The position numbers and the translations under genes were made by a program. From Gammaproteobacteria bacterium (GTDB lineage: Bacteria > Pseudomonadota > Gammaproteobacteria > UBA4575), in NCBI GenBank assembly GCA_965215055.1, contig OZ244046.1, positions 548,233 through 612,232 of the forward strand: a stretch of DNA of 64,000 bases, written 5' to 3'. The notes beneath the pieces were generated by a model. That model did no database searches. It was not told the DNA's origin and was given only the letters and a program-made list of their open reading frames with translations. Positions 55,348-64,000 of the stretch are shown one piece after another (positions within the stretch are counted from its first letter, which is position 1; each line of letters begins with the position of its first letter).

Positions 55348-56679
55348 CTATGAGCACACACCACAATAATTGCCACGCATCGAGTTCGAGAGTACGTCTG
55401 TAATCTCCAAGCGCACGAACTTGCCTATTACATTTTCAGGCACCGCAAAATTTACCACGCGATTATTCCCCGTTCTCCCCGAATACTCGTGAGTGGATTT
55501 CTTTGAATACCCTTCGACCAGTATTACCTGTTTGGTGCCTATCATCGACTTTGCAAAGTTTGAAGACAAGCGATTAATTGTCTCCTGTAAACGCCACAAT
55601 CTCTGTTTTTTCACATCGGGCGATACGTCATCCGGCAATGATGCAGCAGGTGTTCCAGGTCTGCGGCTATAGATAAAGCTGTAGGATTGATCGAACCCGA
55701 TTTCATCAACGAATTTCATGGTGGCTTCAAAGTCCTGTTCCGTTTCTCCCGGAAATCCCACGATGAAGTCAGAGGATATGCTGACAGAAGGACGACGCCG
55801 GCGCAGTTTGTTTACGATGGATTTGTATTCAAGCGCGGTATGGCCGCGTTTCATCGCGGCCAGCACTCGGTCCGAACCACTTTGAACCGGTAAATGCACG
55901 TGGTCCACCAACTCGGGGATATCCGCATAGGCGTTGATCAGGTTGTCCGAGAATTCGACAGGATGTGAGCTGGTGTAGCGAATGCGGTCAATGCCTTTCA
56001 GTTCACTGACGTAGTAAAGCATTAATGAAAAGTCGACGGTTTCACCATGTACGTCCAGGCCCCTGTAACCATTCACGTTCTGCCCCAGCAAGGTTACTTC
56101 GCGAACACCTCGCCCGGCCAGGGTCTCGATTTCATGCAGTACCTCCGCGACCGGCCTGCTGAATTCCTCCCCTCTCGTGTAGGGGACGACGCAATACGTG
56201 CAGTATTTGCTACAGCCTTCCATGATGGAAACAAACGCCGTTGGACCTTTGACGCTTGGTTCCGGCAGGCAGTCGAATTTTTCCATTTCCGGAAAAGATA
56301 TATCAACTACCGCCTTGTTGTTATTCTCGGCCCGCGCAAGCAGTTCGGGTAGTCGATGGATCGTCTGCGGCCCGAACACGATGTCGACCTGTGGTGCACG
56401 CTCGGCCAAAGATTCTCCCTCCTGGCTTGCTACACAACCTCCTACGCCAATCAGTACGCCAGGGTTATATTTTTTATAAGGCCGCCACTGCCCCAATTGC
56501 GAAAATACCTTTTCCTGCGCCTTCTCGCGTATCGAGCAGGTGTTCAGTAATAACAGGTCCGCTGCGGACGGGTCGGTGGTAGTTTCGAAACCGCATTCAT
56601 GACTGAGTACGTCCAGCATCTTTTGTGAATCATACTCGTTCATCTGGCAGCCCTGTGTTTTAATAAATGCCTTTTTCAT
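55348..56679 (-). CDS. miaB: tRNA-i6A37 methylthiotransferase
   Basis: [27 protein letters not shown] radical SAM motif, TRAM domain; ATG 56679. Confidence 0.97.
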   Translation of the reverse strand: MKKAFIKTQGCQMNEYDSQKMLDVLSHECGFETTTDPSAADLLLLNTCSIREKAQEKVFSQLGQWRPYKKYNPGVLIGVGGCVASQEGESLAERAPQVDIVFGPQTIHRLPELLARAENNNKAVVDISFPEMEKFDCLPEPSVKGPTAFVSIMEGCSKYCTYCVVPYTRGEEFSRPVAEVLHEIETLAGRGVREVTLLGQNVNGYRGLDVHGETVDFSLMLYYVSELKGIDRIRYTSSHPVEFSDNLINAYADIPELVDHVHLPVQSGSDRVLAAMKRGHTALEYKSIVNKLRRRRPSVSISSDFIVGFPGETEQDFEATMKFVDEIGFDQSYSFIYSRRPGTPAASLPDDVSPDVKKQRLWRLQETINRLSSNFAKSMIGTKQVILVEGYSKKSTHEYSGRTGNNRVVNFAVPENVIGKFVRLEITDVLSNSMRGNYCGVCS

Positions 56680-56764
56680 GTCCTGGTGCCTGCTACGGTT
56701 TTGCAAGACTGTCCGCTTGACAGTTCTGACGGGAATTACTTCCCCATATTTTCATCGACATGAA

Positions 56765-57235
56765 TTAAAACGGGATATCGTCATCAAAATCGTTGGACGA
56801 GGAGTCCGGGGAGCTGGCTGGTTTTTCGGGTGCACGGGAAGCATTGCTAGGTGCCGCAGGTGCCGCAGCAGTCTCATCACTCGCACTTGGAAAATCCGAG
56901 CGGCCTCCCAGCATCTGCATTTCATTGGCGACAATCTCGGTGGAATAGCGATCAGCACCGCTTTGATCCTGCCATTTGCGCGTTTGCAAGTGCCCTTCTA
57001 CATACACCTGCGAGCCCTTGTGCAGATATTCACCTACAATTTCCGCCAACCTGCGAAAAAACACGACTCGATGCCACTCGGTTTTCTCGACCTTGTCACC
57101 AGTATTCTTATCATTCCAGGACCTGGTCGTCGCAACGCTTACATTGCAGACTGCCTCGCCGCTTGGCATGTATTTGACATCCGGGTCCTGCCCGAGATTA
57201 CCTACCAGTATAACTTTGTTTATTCCTCTTGACAT
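56765..57235 (-). CDS. ssb: Single-stranded DNA-binding protein
   Basis: [18 protein letters not shown]-terminal DFDDDIPF. Confidence 0.98.
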   Translation of the reverse strand: MSRGINKVILVGNLGQDPDVKYMPSGEAVCNVSVATTRSWNDKNTGDKVEKTEWHRVVFFRRLAEIVGEYLHKGSQVYVEGHLQTRKWQDQSGADRYSTEIVANEMQMLGGRSDFPSASDETAAAPAAPSNASRAPEKPASSPDSSSNDFDDDIPF

Positions 57236-57409
57236 CTTGTTTTAGACGATAGGGGTTACAATCCACGCGCATTCGGGACACGCGCCGCTTTCAGGAATAC
57301 TTTATGCCGGATAGTATTGACTTGCCACATTTATTTTACATCAGGATTGTGTGTCTCGGATAGACTAGGTACGTATATTAGCGCATTTGATTATGCAAAA
57401 TTTATAAAA

Positions 57410-60262
57410 ATGAAACAGATCCGCATCCGAGGGGCAAGAACCCATAATCTGCAAAATATTGACGTTGAGTTCCCTCGAGATAATCTTATTGTATTTACGG
57501 GCCTGTCAGGTTCAGGCAAGTCTTCCCTGGCGTTTGACACTATTTTTGCCGAGGGACAACGCCGCTACGTGGAGTCTCTATCCGCTTATGCGCGCCAGTT
57601 CCTGGCACGCATGGAAAAGCCGGACGTGGACCACATAGATGGACTGTCGCCATCCATATCCATTGAACAAAAGGCAACTTCTCATAACCCGCGTTCGACG
57701 GTCGGGACGATCACTGAAATATATGATTACCTGAGACTGCTTTTCGCACGCGCGGGGACACCTCGCTGCCCCGCGCATCACATTGATTTACACGCCCAGA
57801 CGATCAGCCAGATGGTGGATAAGGTTCTTTCACTTGAAGAAGGCAAAAAACTGATGTTACTGGCACCCGTAATACGAAATCGCAAGGGTGAACACGTGCA
57901 ATTGCTTAACAAGTTACAAACCCAGGGGTTTTTGCGCGCGCAAATTGACGGGGAGATTTATGAACTGGATGCCTGTCCGAAACTGGACCTGCGCCGCAAG
58001 CATACGATCGAGGTGGTCGTAGACAGGTTCAAGGTCAAGTCGGACTTGAAACTGCGGCTGGCGGAATCTTTTGAAACTGCACTGAAGCTCGCCAATGACA
58101 TTGCCATTATCCGGTCAATGGGTCCCAACGAAAAAACCGAACTGGTATTTTCCGCAAAATTCGCCTGTCCGCAATGCGGCTACAGCCTGAATGAGCTTGA
58201 ACCTAGTCTTTTTTCTTTTAACAGCCCGGTGGGGGCATGTGCGGATTGCAGCGGCTTGGGCGTGGAACAATTTTTCGATCCCGACCTGGTCGTTACCAAC
58301 AGGAAGGCCAGCCTTGCAGCAGGTGCAATTCGAGCCTGGGAACGGCGTAATTTTTATTATCTTAATTTAATTCGATCACTTGCAAAGCACTACAAGTTTG
58401 ATATCGAGACGCCCTACTGTGAACTCGATAAAGAGGTCCAGGACATCATTTTGTACGGCAGTGGAGATGAAAAAATCCAGTTCGAGTACACGAATGAAAA
58501 GGGTAACGTTTATAAACGCCGACACGTTTTTGAAGGGGTCATCCCGAATATGGATCGACGCTACCATGAGACCGGGTCGAATACCGTGCGCGAAGAGCTC
58601 GGCAAATATCTCACTGCGCAAACCTGCCAGACGTGCGCAGGAGAACGGTTGAATACGAAAGCAAGAAACGTGTTCATACAAAATATAAATCTGCCAACCG
58701 TTACTTCCTGGTCCACGGCAAAATCCCTGGAGTTTTTTCAAGCGCTTAAACTCCCGGGTCATCTTGCCGCGGTTGGCGAAAAGATCGTTCACGAAATTAA
58801 TGAACGACTTAAATTCCTGGTGAACGTGGGACTGGATTACCTGACGCTCGACCGCAGTGCGGAAACGCTGTCCGGAGGAGAAGCACAGCGTATCCGCCTT
58901 GCCAGTCAAATTGGCTCGGGCCTGGTCGGAGTCATGTATATTCTCGATGAACCGTCAATCGGTCTGCATCAACGTGATAACCGGCGTCTCCTCGACACGC
59001 TCGGTTATTTAAGAGGTCTCGGTAACACTGTTATCGTAGTCGAACATGACGAAGAGGCAATCCGCAGCGCAGACCACGTCGTGGATTTGGGGCCCGGTGC
59101 AGGCACCCACGGCGGCAAGGTCGTAGCGCAAGGAACCCCTTCGGATATCGAGAGAAATACCGCGTCCCTGACGGGACAATACCTTTCAGGTAAGCGCTAT
59201 ATCCCGGTCCCGGAACTGCGCCTGCCCTTTCAGAAAAACGATACTTTGAAAATAACCAAGGCACGTGGAAATAATCTCAAAAATGTTACGGTCGAAATCC
59301 CGCTCGGACTGTTTACCGTGGTAACGGGCGTTTCCGGTTCTGGAAAATCCACGCTGATAAATGACACCTTGTACAAGCATTGTATGCGGTACTTGCACGG
59401 GTCAGGAGCTCTTCCAAAAAAATTCAGTAAAATAAGCGGCTTGGAAAATATAGATAAGGTAATAGATATTGACCAAAGCCCGATCGGACGCACTCCTCGA
59501 TCAAATCCGGCAACTTACACGGGGCTGTTTACTTCAATTCGTGAACTCTTTGCAAACGTCCCGGAGGCGCGCTCAAGAGGCTATATGCCAGGGCGCTTCA
59601 GCTTTAACGTCAGGGGCGGTCGCTGTGAAGCCTGCCAGGGTGGTGGCGTTATCAGGGTAGCAATGCACTTTTTGCCGGACGTGTACGTGCCATGCGACAT
59701 TTGCCAGGGAAGACGCTATAACCGAGAAACCCTGGAAATCAGGTACAAGGGGAAAAATATTCATCAAGTGCTGAATATGACGGTTGAGGAGGCACTGGGT
59801 TTTTTTGATGCTATTCCACAAATCAAGAGTAAAGTCCAAACCTTGATGGACGTGGGGCTGTCGTATATTGCCCTGGGCCAAAGTGCCCCTACGTTATCTG
59901 GAGGAGAAGCACAGCGGGTAAAACTCTCGCGCGAACTTTCCAAGCGCAGCACTGGAAAAACGTTGTACATACTGGATGAACCCACGACCGGACTTCATTT
60001 TCATGACGTTAAACAATTACTGAAAGTCCTTCATCACTTGCGAGATCAAGGCAATACGATTATCGTCATTGAGCACAATCTCGACATCATCAAGACTGCG
60101 GATTGGATTATTGACCTCGGTCCGGAGGGTGGTGACCGTGGTGGCAGGGTGATTGCAGTCGGCTCTCCTGAAGAAATATCGGCATCAGAAAATTCTTTTA
60201 CTGGCAAATACTTGAAGCCAATACTTGAAGTGAAAAATCTACCGAAAGAAAAAATTGCCTGA
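57410..60262 (+). CDS. uvrA: Excinuclease ABC subunit A
   Basis: ATG 57410 [14 protein letters not shown]; two ABC ATPase domains ([26 protein letters not shown]), zinc fingers. Confidence 0.98.
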   Translation: MKQIRIRGARTHNLQNIDVEFPRDNLIVFTGLSGSGKSSLAFDTIFAEGQRRYVESLSAYARQFLARMEKPDVDHIDGLSPSISIEQKATSHNPRSTVGTITEIYDYLRLLFARAGTPRCPAHHIDLHAQTISQMVDKVLSLEEGKKLMLLAPVIRNRKGEHVQLLNKLQTQGFLRAQIDGEIYELDACPKLDLRRKHTIEVVVDRFKVKSDLKLRLAESFETALKLANDIAIIRSMGPNEKTELVFSAKFACPQCGYSLNELEPSLFSFNSPVGACADCSGLGVEQFFDPDLVVTNRKASLAAGAIRAWERRNFYYLNLIRSLAKHYKFDIETPYCELDKEVQDIILYGSGDEKIQFEYTNEKGNVYKRRHVFEGVIPNMDRRYHETGSNTVREELGKYLTAQTCQTCAGERLNTKARNVFIQNINLPTVTSWSTAKSLEFFQALKLPGHLAAVGEKIVHEINERLKFLVNVGLDYLTLDRSAETLSGGEAQRIRLASQIGSGLVGVMYILDEPSIGLHQRDNRRLLDTLGYLRGLGNTVIVVEHDEEAIRSADHVVDLGPGAGTHGGKVVAQGTPSDIERNTASLTGQYLSGKRYIPVPELRLPFQKNDTLKITKARGNNLKNVTVEIPLGLFTVVTGVSGSGKSTLINDTLYKHCMRYLHGSGALPKKFSKISGLENIDKVIDIDQSPIGRTPRSNPATYTGLFTSIRELFANVPEARSRGYMPGRFSFNVRGGRCEACQGGGVIRVAMHFLPDVYVPCDICQGRRYNRETLEIRYKGKNIHQVLNMTVEEALGFFDAIPQIKSKVQTLMDVGLSYIALGQSAPTLSGGEAQRVKLSRELSKRSTGKTLYILDEPTTGLHFHDVKQLLKVLHHLRDQGNTIIVIEHNLDIIKTADWIIDLGPEGGDRGGRVIAVGSPEEISASENSFTGKYLKPILEVKNLPKEKIA

Positions 60263-60281
60263 GCAACAGGTACGGTTCGCC

Positions 60282-61016
60282 TTACTTGAAATGGATGCTA
60301 TCCCCGATTGACAGTCGGCATTTTTCTTCCGCAGAGGCTTCACGAGCAGCAATTTCCAATAACCCGTTGGCATTACGATACCAGAACAACTGGCCCGGGC
60401 TTACGGAATGAAAAGTCGCTGCATAATTCAGTTCGTGCTTTTTCACTCTGACTGTACGGGTCTCATCTACCTGGTCGAGCGTAATACCGCTAACGGCATT
60501 ACCGAAATGATCAATATAGATTATCTCGTGAAGATCGAGGGGCCACTCTGCACCTGTCATTTCTTCACACGAAAAAGGCTCAAGCTGTATTTCTGACCCG
60601 GACGCCATTTGTGCAGCAACGGGTGCAAAGACGTCTCTGCCATGAAAAGTTCGGCAGGCAGGTTCTTCTGCCAAAAGAATTTTTGACGCATTACAGCGCA
60701 ATAGTTTTTTCGCCACAATGGCAAACAGGCCGTTGTCAGGACCGATAAATGTACAGCCGTCACATTCCAGGATGATCGGTGCGCGATTTGAGCCGACGCC
60801 GGGATCGACTACACCTACGACAATGGAATTTGTTGGAATATGACTCGAATAACTTGCAAGCAAGTACGCCGAGGCCTTGGGATTGAACACGGGCAGATCG
60901 TGGTTCATATCAATGATCAAGGCGCCAGGTATTATTTTGTAAATTGCGGATTTGAGTTGACCAACATAGGGTCCCGTTACTCCATAATCCGTTGCTAGAA
61001 CAATTGGCTTCATCAC
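60282..61016 (-). CDS. SAM hydroxide adenosyltransferase (DUF62, halogenase-fold family)
   Basis: TDYG, VVDPGVGSNR, GPDNGL, TFHGRDVFAP, IDHFGN. Confidence 0.88.
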   Translation of the reverse strand: MMKPIVLATDYGVTGPYVGQLKSAIYKIIPGALIIDMNHDLPVFNPKASAYLLASYSSHIPTNSIVVGVVDPGVGSNRAPIILECDGCTFIGPDNGLFAIVAKKLLRCNASKILLAEEPACRTFHGRDVFAPVAAQMASGSEIQLEPFSCEEMTGAEWPLDLHEIIYIDHFGNAVSGITLDQVDETRTVRVKKHELNYAATFHSVSPGQLFWYRNANGLLEIAAREASAEEKCRLSIGDSIHFK

Positions 61017-61159
61017 GAACCTGGCAGTATAAAGTGAATCAGCAGCTCCGACAGGGTCGCTGTATAGCGCGGTGCTTGTGTAATGTGAGTAGAAACCAAC
61101 CCAGCTGGAAATTCCGACCTTGATGCCGCCGCTCGGGTTATTATAAGTATATTACGCGG

Positions 61160-61531
61160 TCAGGAGTCTTCAACAGGTCGATCCACCAGTTCTACAAGTG
61201 CCATGGGGGCGTTGTCTCCAGGACGAAAACCGCATTTCAAAATACGGATGTAGCCTCCAGGCCGATTTTTGTAGCGGGGAGAAAGTTCGGAAAATAATTT
61301 TCCAACACTGGCCTTGTCGCGTAATTTTGCGAAGGCTTGCCGCCGCCTGTCAACGCTGTCTTCTTTCGCCAAGGTGATTAAAGGTTCCGCATAGCGGCGT
61401 AATTCCTTGGCCTTTGGCAGGGTGGTGCGGATGACTTCGTGTAAAAACAGGGAGGCCGCCATATTGCTGAACATCGCCTTGCGATGAGCACTGTTTCTGT
61501 TCAGTCGACGCCCGGTCTCTCTGTGTCTCAC
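61160..61531 (-). CDS. rplQ: 50S ribosomal protein L17
   Basis: GTG 61531 [36 protein letters not shown]. Confidence 0.97.
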   Translation of the reverse strand: MRHRETGRRLNRNSAHRKAMFSNMAASLFLHEVIRTTLPKAKELRRYAEPLITLAKEDSVDRRRQAFAKLRDKASVGKLFSELSPRYKNRPGGYIRILKCGFRPGDNAPMALVELVDRPVEDS

Positions 61532-61599
61532 TTGACTACCTATTTCACCTGAATAAATAATTTTGTGTTTTTGTGCAGGCTGAGCTAACGCTTGAAAGG

Positions 61600-62586
61600 T
61601 CAGACGAATACCTTGCGTTCCGTATGCAGGTCGGCTGGCGGCCAGTTTTCCAAACGCATCCCCAGTGACAGGCCGTAGGTTCCTAGTACGTTCTTGATTT
61701 CCGTCAAGGATTTTTTGCCCAAGTTGGGCGTCTTCATAAGGTCGGTTTCCGTGCACTGAATCAAGTCGCCGATATAGTAAATACTTTCCGCCTTCAGGCA
61801 GTTCGCTGAACGAACGGTAAGCTCAAGGTCGTCTACCGGCCTTAGCAGGATCGGATCGATTTCCGCTTCGGACTTGTCCGGCTCGACCGGTTCTTCGGCC
61901 TGCAAGTCTACAAATACGGATATCTGCTGCTGCAACAGGCCCGCAGCTTTGCGAATGGTGTTCTCAGGGTCGATGGTACCATTCGTTTCCAGGTCAATAA
62001 TAAGTTTGTCCAAGTCGGTGTGTTGTTCCACGCGCGCGCTTTCCACTGAATACGCCACCTTGCGCACCGGGCTGAAGCTTGCGTCCAACGATAATGAGCC
62101 GATGGCACGATTGTCTTCACCGCGACGTTGCGTGGCAGGCTGATAACCACGGCCCCTGGCCACTTTCAAAGTCATGCTTAATGATCCCTGGTCAGTCAAA
62201 TGAGCAATCACGTGGTCCTTGTTGACGATTTCAACATCATGGGCCGTTTCTATGTCCCCGGCGGTAACCACTCCCGGACCCTGCTTTTGTAAGGTCAGTG
62301 TGGCTTCCTTTTTATCGTGCATAATAACCGCTACGCCTTTCAGGTTGAGCAGGATGTCGGCTACGTCTTCCTGCACTCCTTCAATGGCGGTGTATTCATG
62401 CAACACTCCGTCAATTTGAACTTCTACTATCGCGCATCCCGGTATTGATGAAAGCAGAATACGACGCAAGGCATTACCAAGAGTGTAGCCAAAACCACGT
62501 TCCAATGGCTCAAGCATAACTTTGGCATGGCATTCGTCGACTAACTGCACGTCTACTACCCTGGGCTTTAATAAATTATCTGCCAT
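61600..62586 (-). CDS. rpoA: RNA polymerase alpha subunit
   Basis: [41 protein letters not shown]. Confidence 0.98.
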   Translation of the reverse strand: MADNLLKPRVVDVQLVDECHAKVMLEPLERGFGYTLGNALRRILLSSIPGCAIVEVQIDGVLHEYTAIEGVQEDVADILLNLKGVAVIMHDKKEATLTLQKQGPGVVTAGDIETAHDVEIVNKDHVIAHLTDQGSLSMTLKVARGRGYQPATQRRGEDNRAIGSLSLDASFSPVRKVAYSVESARVEQHTDLDKLIIDLETNGTIDPENTIRKAAGLLQQQISVFVDLQAEEPVEPDKSEAEIDPILLRPVDDLELTVRSANCLKAESIYYIGDLIQCTETDLMKTPNLGKKSLTEIKNVLGTYGLSLGMRLENWPPADLHTERKVFV

Positions 62587-62610
62587 CGAAAACCTCTTTC
62601 AAAAAATGTC

Positions 62611-63231
62611 TTATTTGGAATACAACTCGACCACGAGCGACTCGTTAACGTCCTGCGGTAGGTCATCGCGCTCGGGCATGAATTTGAACTTGCCCTGCAT
62701 TTTCTTGACGTCTACTTCAACCCAGTCCGGTAATCCGATTTGCTCCGCAACGTTAAGTGCGTCCTGAATACGTAATTGCTTTTTTGCCTTCTCTCGTATA
62801 CTGATTACATCATCCGGTGATACGTGATACGAAGGTACGTTTACCACTACTTTATTTACTTCAATCGCCTTGTGAGTAACAAGCTGCCGACACTCCGCGC
62901 GCGTAACGCCAAAGCCCATGCGGTATACCATGTTGTCCAGTCTGCATTCGAGTAATTGCAACAGGTTTTCTCCCGTAGAACCTTTGATACGCGAGGCTTT
63001 TTTATAGTAATTTCTAAACTGGCGCTCCAGCACGCCGTATATCCGGCGCAGCTTCTGTTTTTCACGCAGCTGTATGCCGTAGTTTGAAACCCGGCCGCGC
63101 TTGTCACCATGCTGACCAGGCTGTTTGTCAATCTTGCATTTCGACTTGAGCGACCGGGCACGCCCCTTCAATAACAGGTCTGTACCTTCACGTCGGCTGA
63201 GTTTGCACTTCGGCCCTAGATAGCGCGCCAT
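62611..63231 (-). CDS. rpsD: 30S ribosomal protein S4
   Basis: [36 protein letters not shown]. Confidence 0.98.
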   Translation of the reverse strand: MARYLGPKCKLSRREGTDLLLKGRARSLKSKCKIDKQPGQHGDKRGRVSNYGIQLREKQKLRRIYGVLERQFRNYYKKASRIKGSTGENLLQLLECRLDNMVYRMGFGVTRAECRQLVTHKAIEVNKVVVNVPSYHVSPDDVISIREKAKKQLRIQDALNVAEQIGLPDWVEVDVKKMQGKFKFMPERDDLPQDVNESLVVELYSK

Positions 63232-63243
63232 AATATATCCTTC

Positions 63244-63633
63244 CTATACACGGCGGCGCTTGGGTGGACGACAGCCGTTATGCGGAATCGGCGTGACGTC
63301 ATTTATACTGGTAATCCTGTATCCCACTGCATTGAGCGCACGCACTGCCGATTCACGGCCAGGTCCCGGACCTTTGACTTTCACTTCAAGATTTTTCAAA
63401 CCGTATTCAAGCGCAGCCTGCCCGGCACGTTCTGCCGCAGTTTGCGCGGCAAAGGGTGTGCTCTTGCGCGAACCGCGAAATCCCGAGCCACCAGAGGTCG
63501 CCCAAGCCAAGGCGTTACCCTGCCGGTCCGTAATCGTGATGATGGTATTGTTGAAAGAGGCATGAATATGCGCCACTCCGTCAGTAACGATGCGTGTTGC
63601 TTTCTTCCTGGCGCGAGGTGATGATTTTGCCAT
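63244..63633 (-). CDS. rpsK: 30S ribosomal protein S11
   Basis: [37 protein letters not shown]. Confidence 0.98.
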   Translation of the reverse strand: MAKSSPRARKKATRIVTDGVAHIHASFNNTIITITDRQGNALAWATSGGSGFRGSRKSTPFAAQTAAERAGQAALEYGLKNLEVKVKGPGPGRESAVRALNAVGYRITSINDVTPIPHNGCRPPKRRRV

Positions 63634-63656
63634 TGCTGATCAGTAATCCTGTATCT

Positions 63657-64000
63657 CTAACGTTTGATCGGCCGCCTCGGCCCTTTGCGAGTACGTGCAT
63701 TGGTGCGCGTTCGCTGCCCATGCAACGGCAAACCGCGGCGATGCCGTATACCTCGATACGTCCCCAAGTCCATCAGTCGCTTTATGTTGACGGTAATTTC
63801 CCGGCGAAGATCGCCTTCTACGCGATATCTGGATACTTCTGTACGTAAACGACTTACCTCGCTCTCGCTGAGGTCCTTGATCTTGGTGCCTGGTGGAACG
63901 TCCGCGTCTGTGCAGATCTTGCGCGCTCTCGAACGCCCGACGCCATAAATGGAGGTCAGTGCAATTTCGGTGTGCTTGTGTACCGGCACATTGATTCCAG
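63657..64000 (-). CDS. rpsM: 30S ribosomal protein S13 (start lies just outside the window)
   Basis: GINVP...[40 protein letters not shown]. Confidence 0.97.
   Translation of the reverse strand, partial: GINVPVHKHTEIALTSIYGVGRSRARKICTDADVPPGTKIKDLSESEVSRLRTEVSRYRVEGDLRREITVNIKRLMDLGTYRGIRHRRGLPLHGQRTRTNARTRKGPRRPIKR

Noticed and set aside
57236-57409. SOS box expected between ssb and uvrA
   Set aside because: No CTG-N10-CAG found by eye
61532-61756. N-terminal extension of L17 in the ORF track (similar extensions for tolB, uvrA, manC, nudB, rlmH, miaB)
   Set aside because: Open frame overlapping or preceding the true start; the canonical N-termini begin further downstream

Overview
Gammaproteobacterial chromosome segment, probably marine and possibly host-associated (inference). 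Most of it is housekeeping genes: acs, katG, tRNA-Lys, queC/queE, tol-pal, ruvCAB, aspS, purMN, tldD/pmbA, yhdP, nadD-rsfS-rlmH, proA, holA, lptE, leuS, lnt-corC-ybeY-phoH-miaB, ssb/uvrA and the end of the alpha ribosomal operon. Two accessory regions stand out. (1) At 4.5-7.65 kb, beside the 3' end of tRNA-Lys, there are two close paralogues of an uncharacterised 'EEISWGQR' membrane protein. Each has a poly-C tract (C10 and C26) nine codons after a shared ATG, and at these lengths both are out of frame, which looks like paired phase-variable contingency loci. The spacer between them consists of relics of a type III R-M system (res 3' end followed by mod 5' end). (2) At 37.8-46.1 kb, an insertion splits the normally contiguous lptE-holA pair. 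It carries a Cre-like tyrosine recombinase and a type III R-M operon with an AbiJ-like (putative HEPN) gene translationally coupled between mod and res, a candidate PrrC-style 'guarded' type III R-M defence system. All family assignments come from motif recognition by eye; no searches were run.
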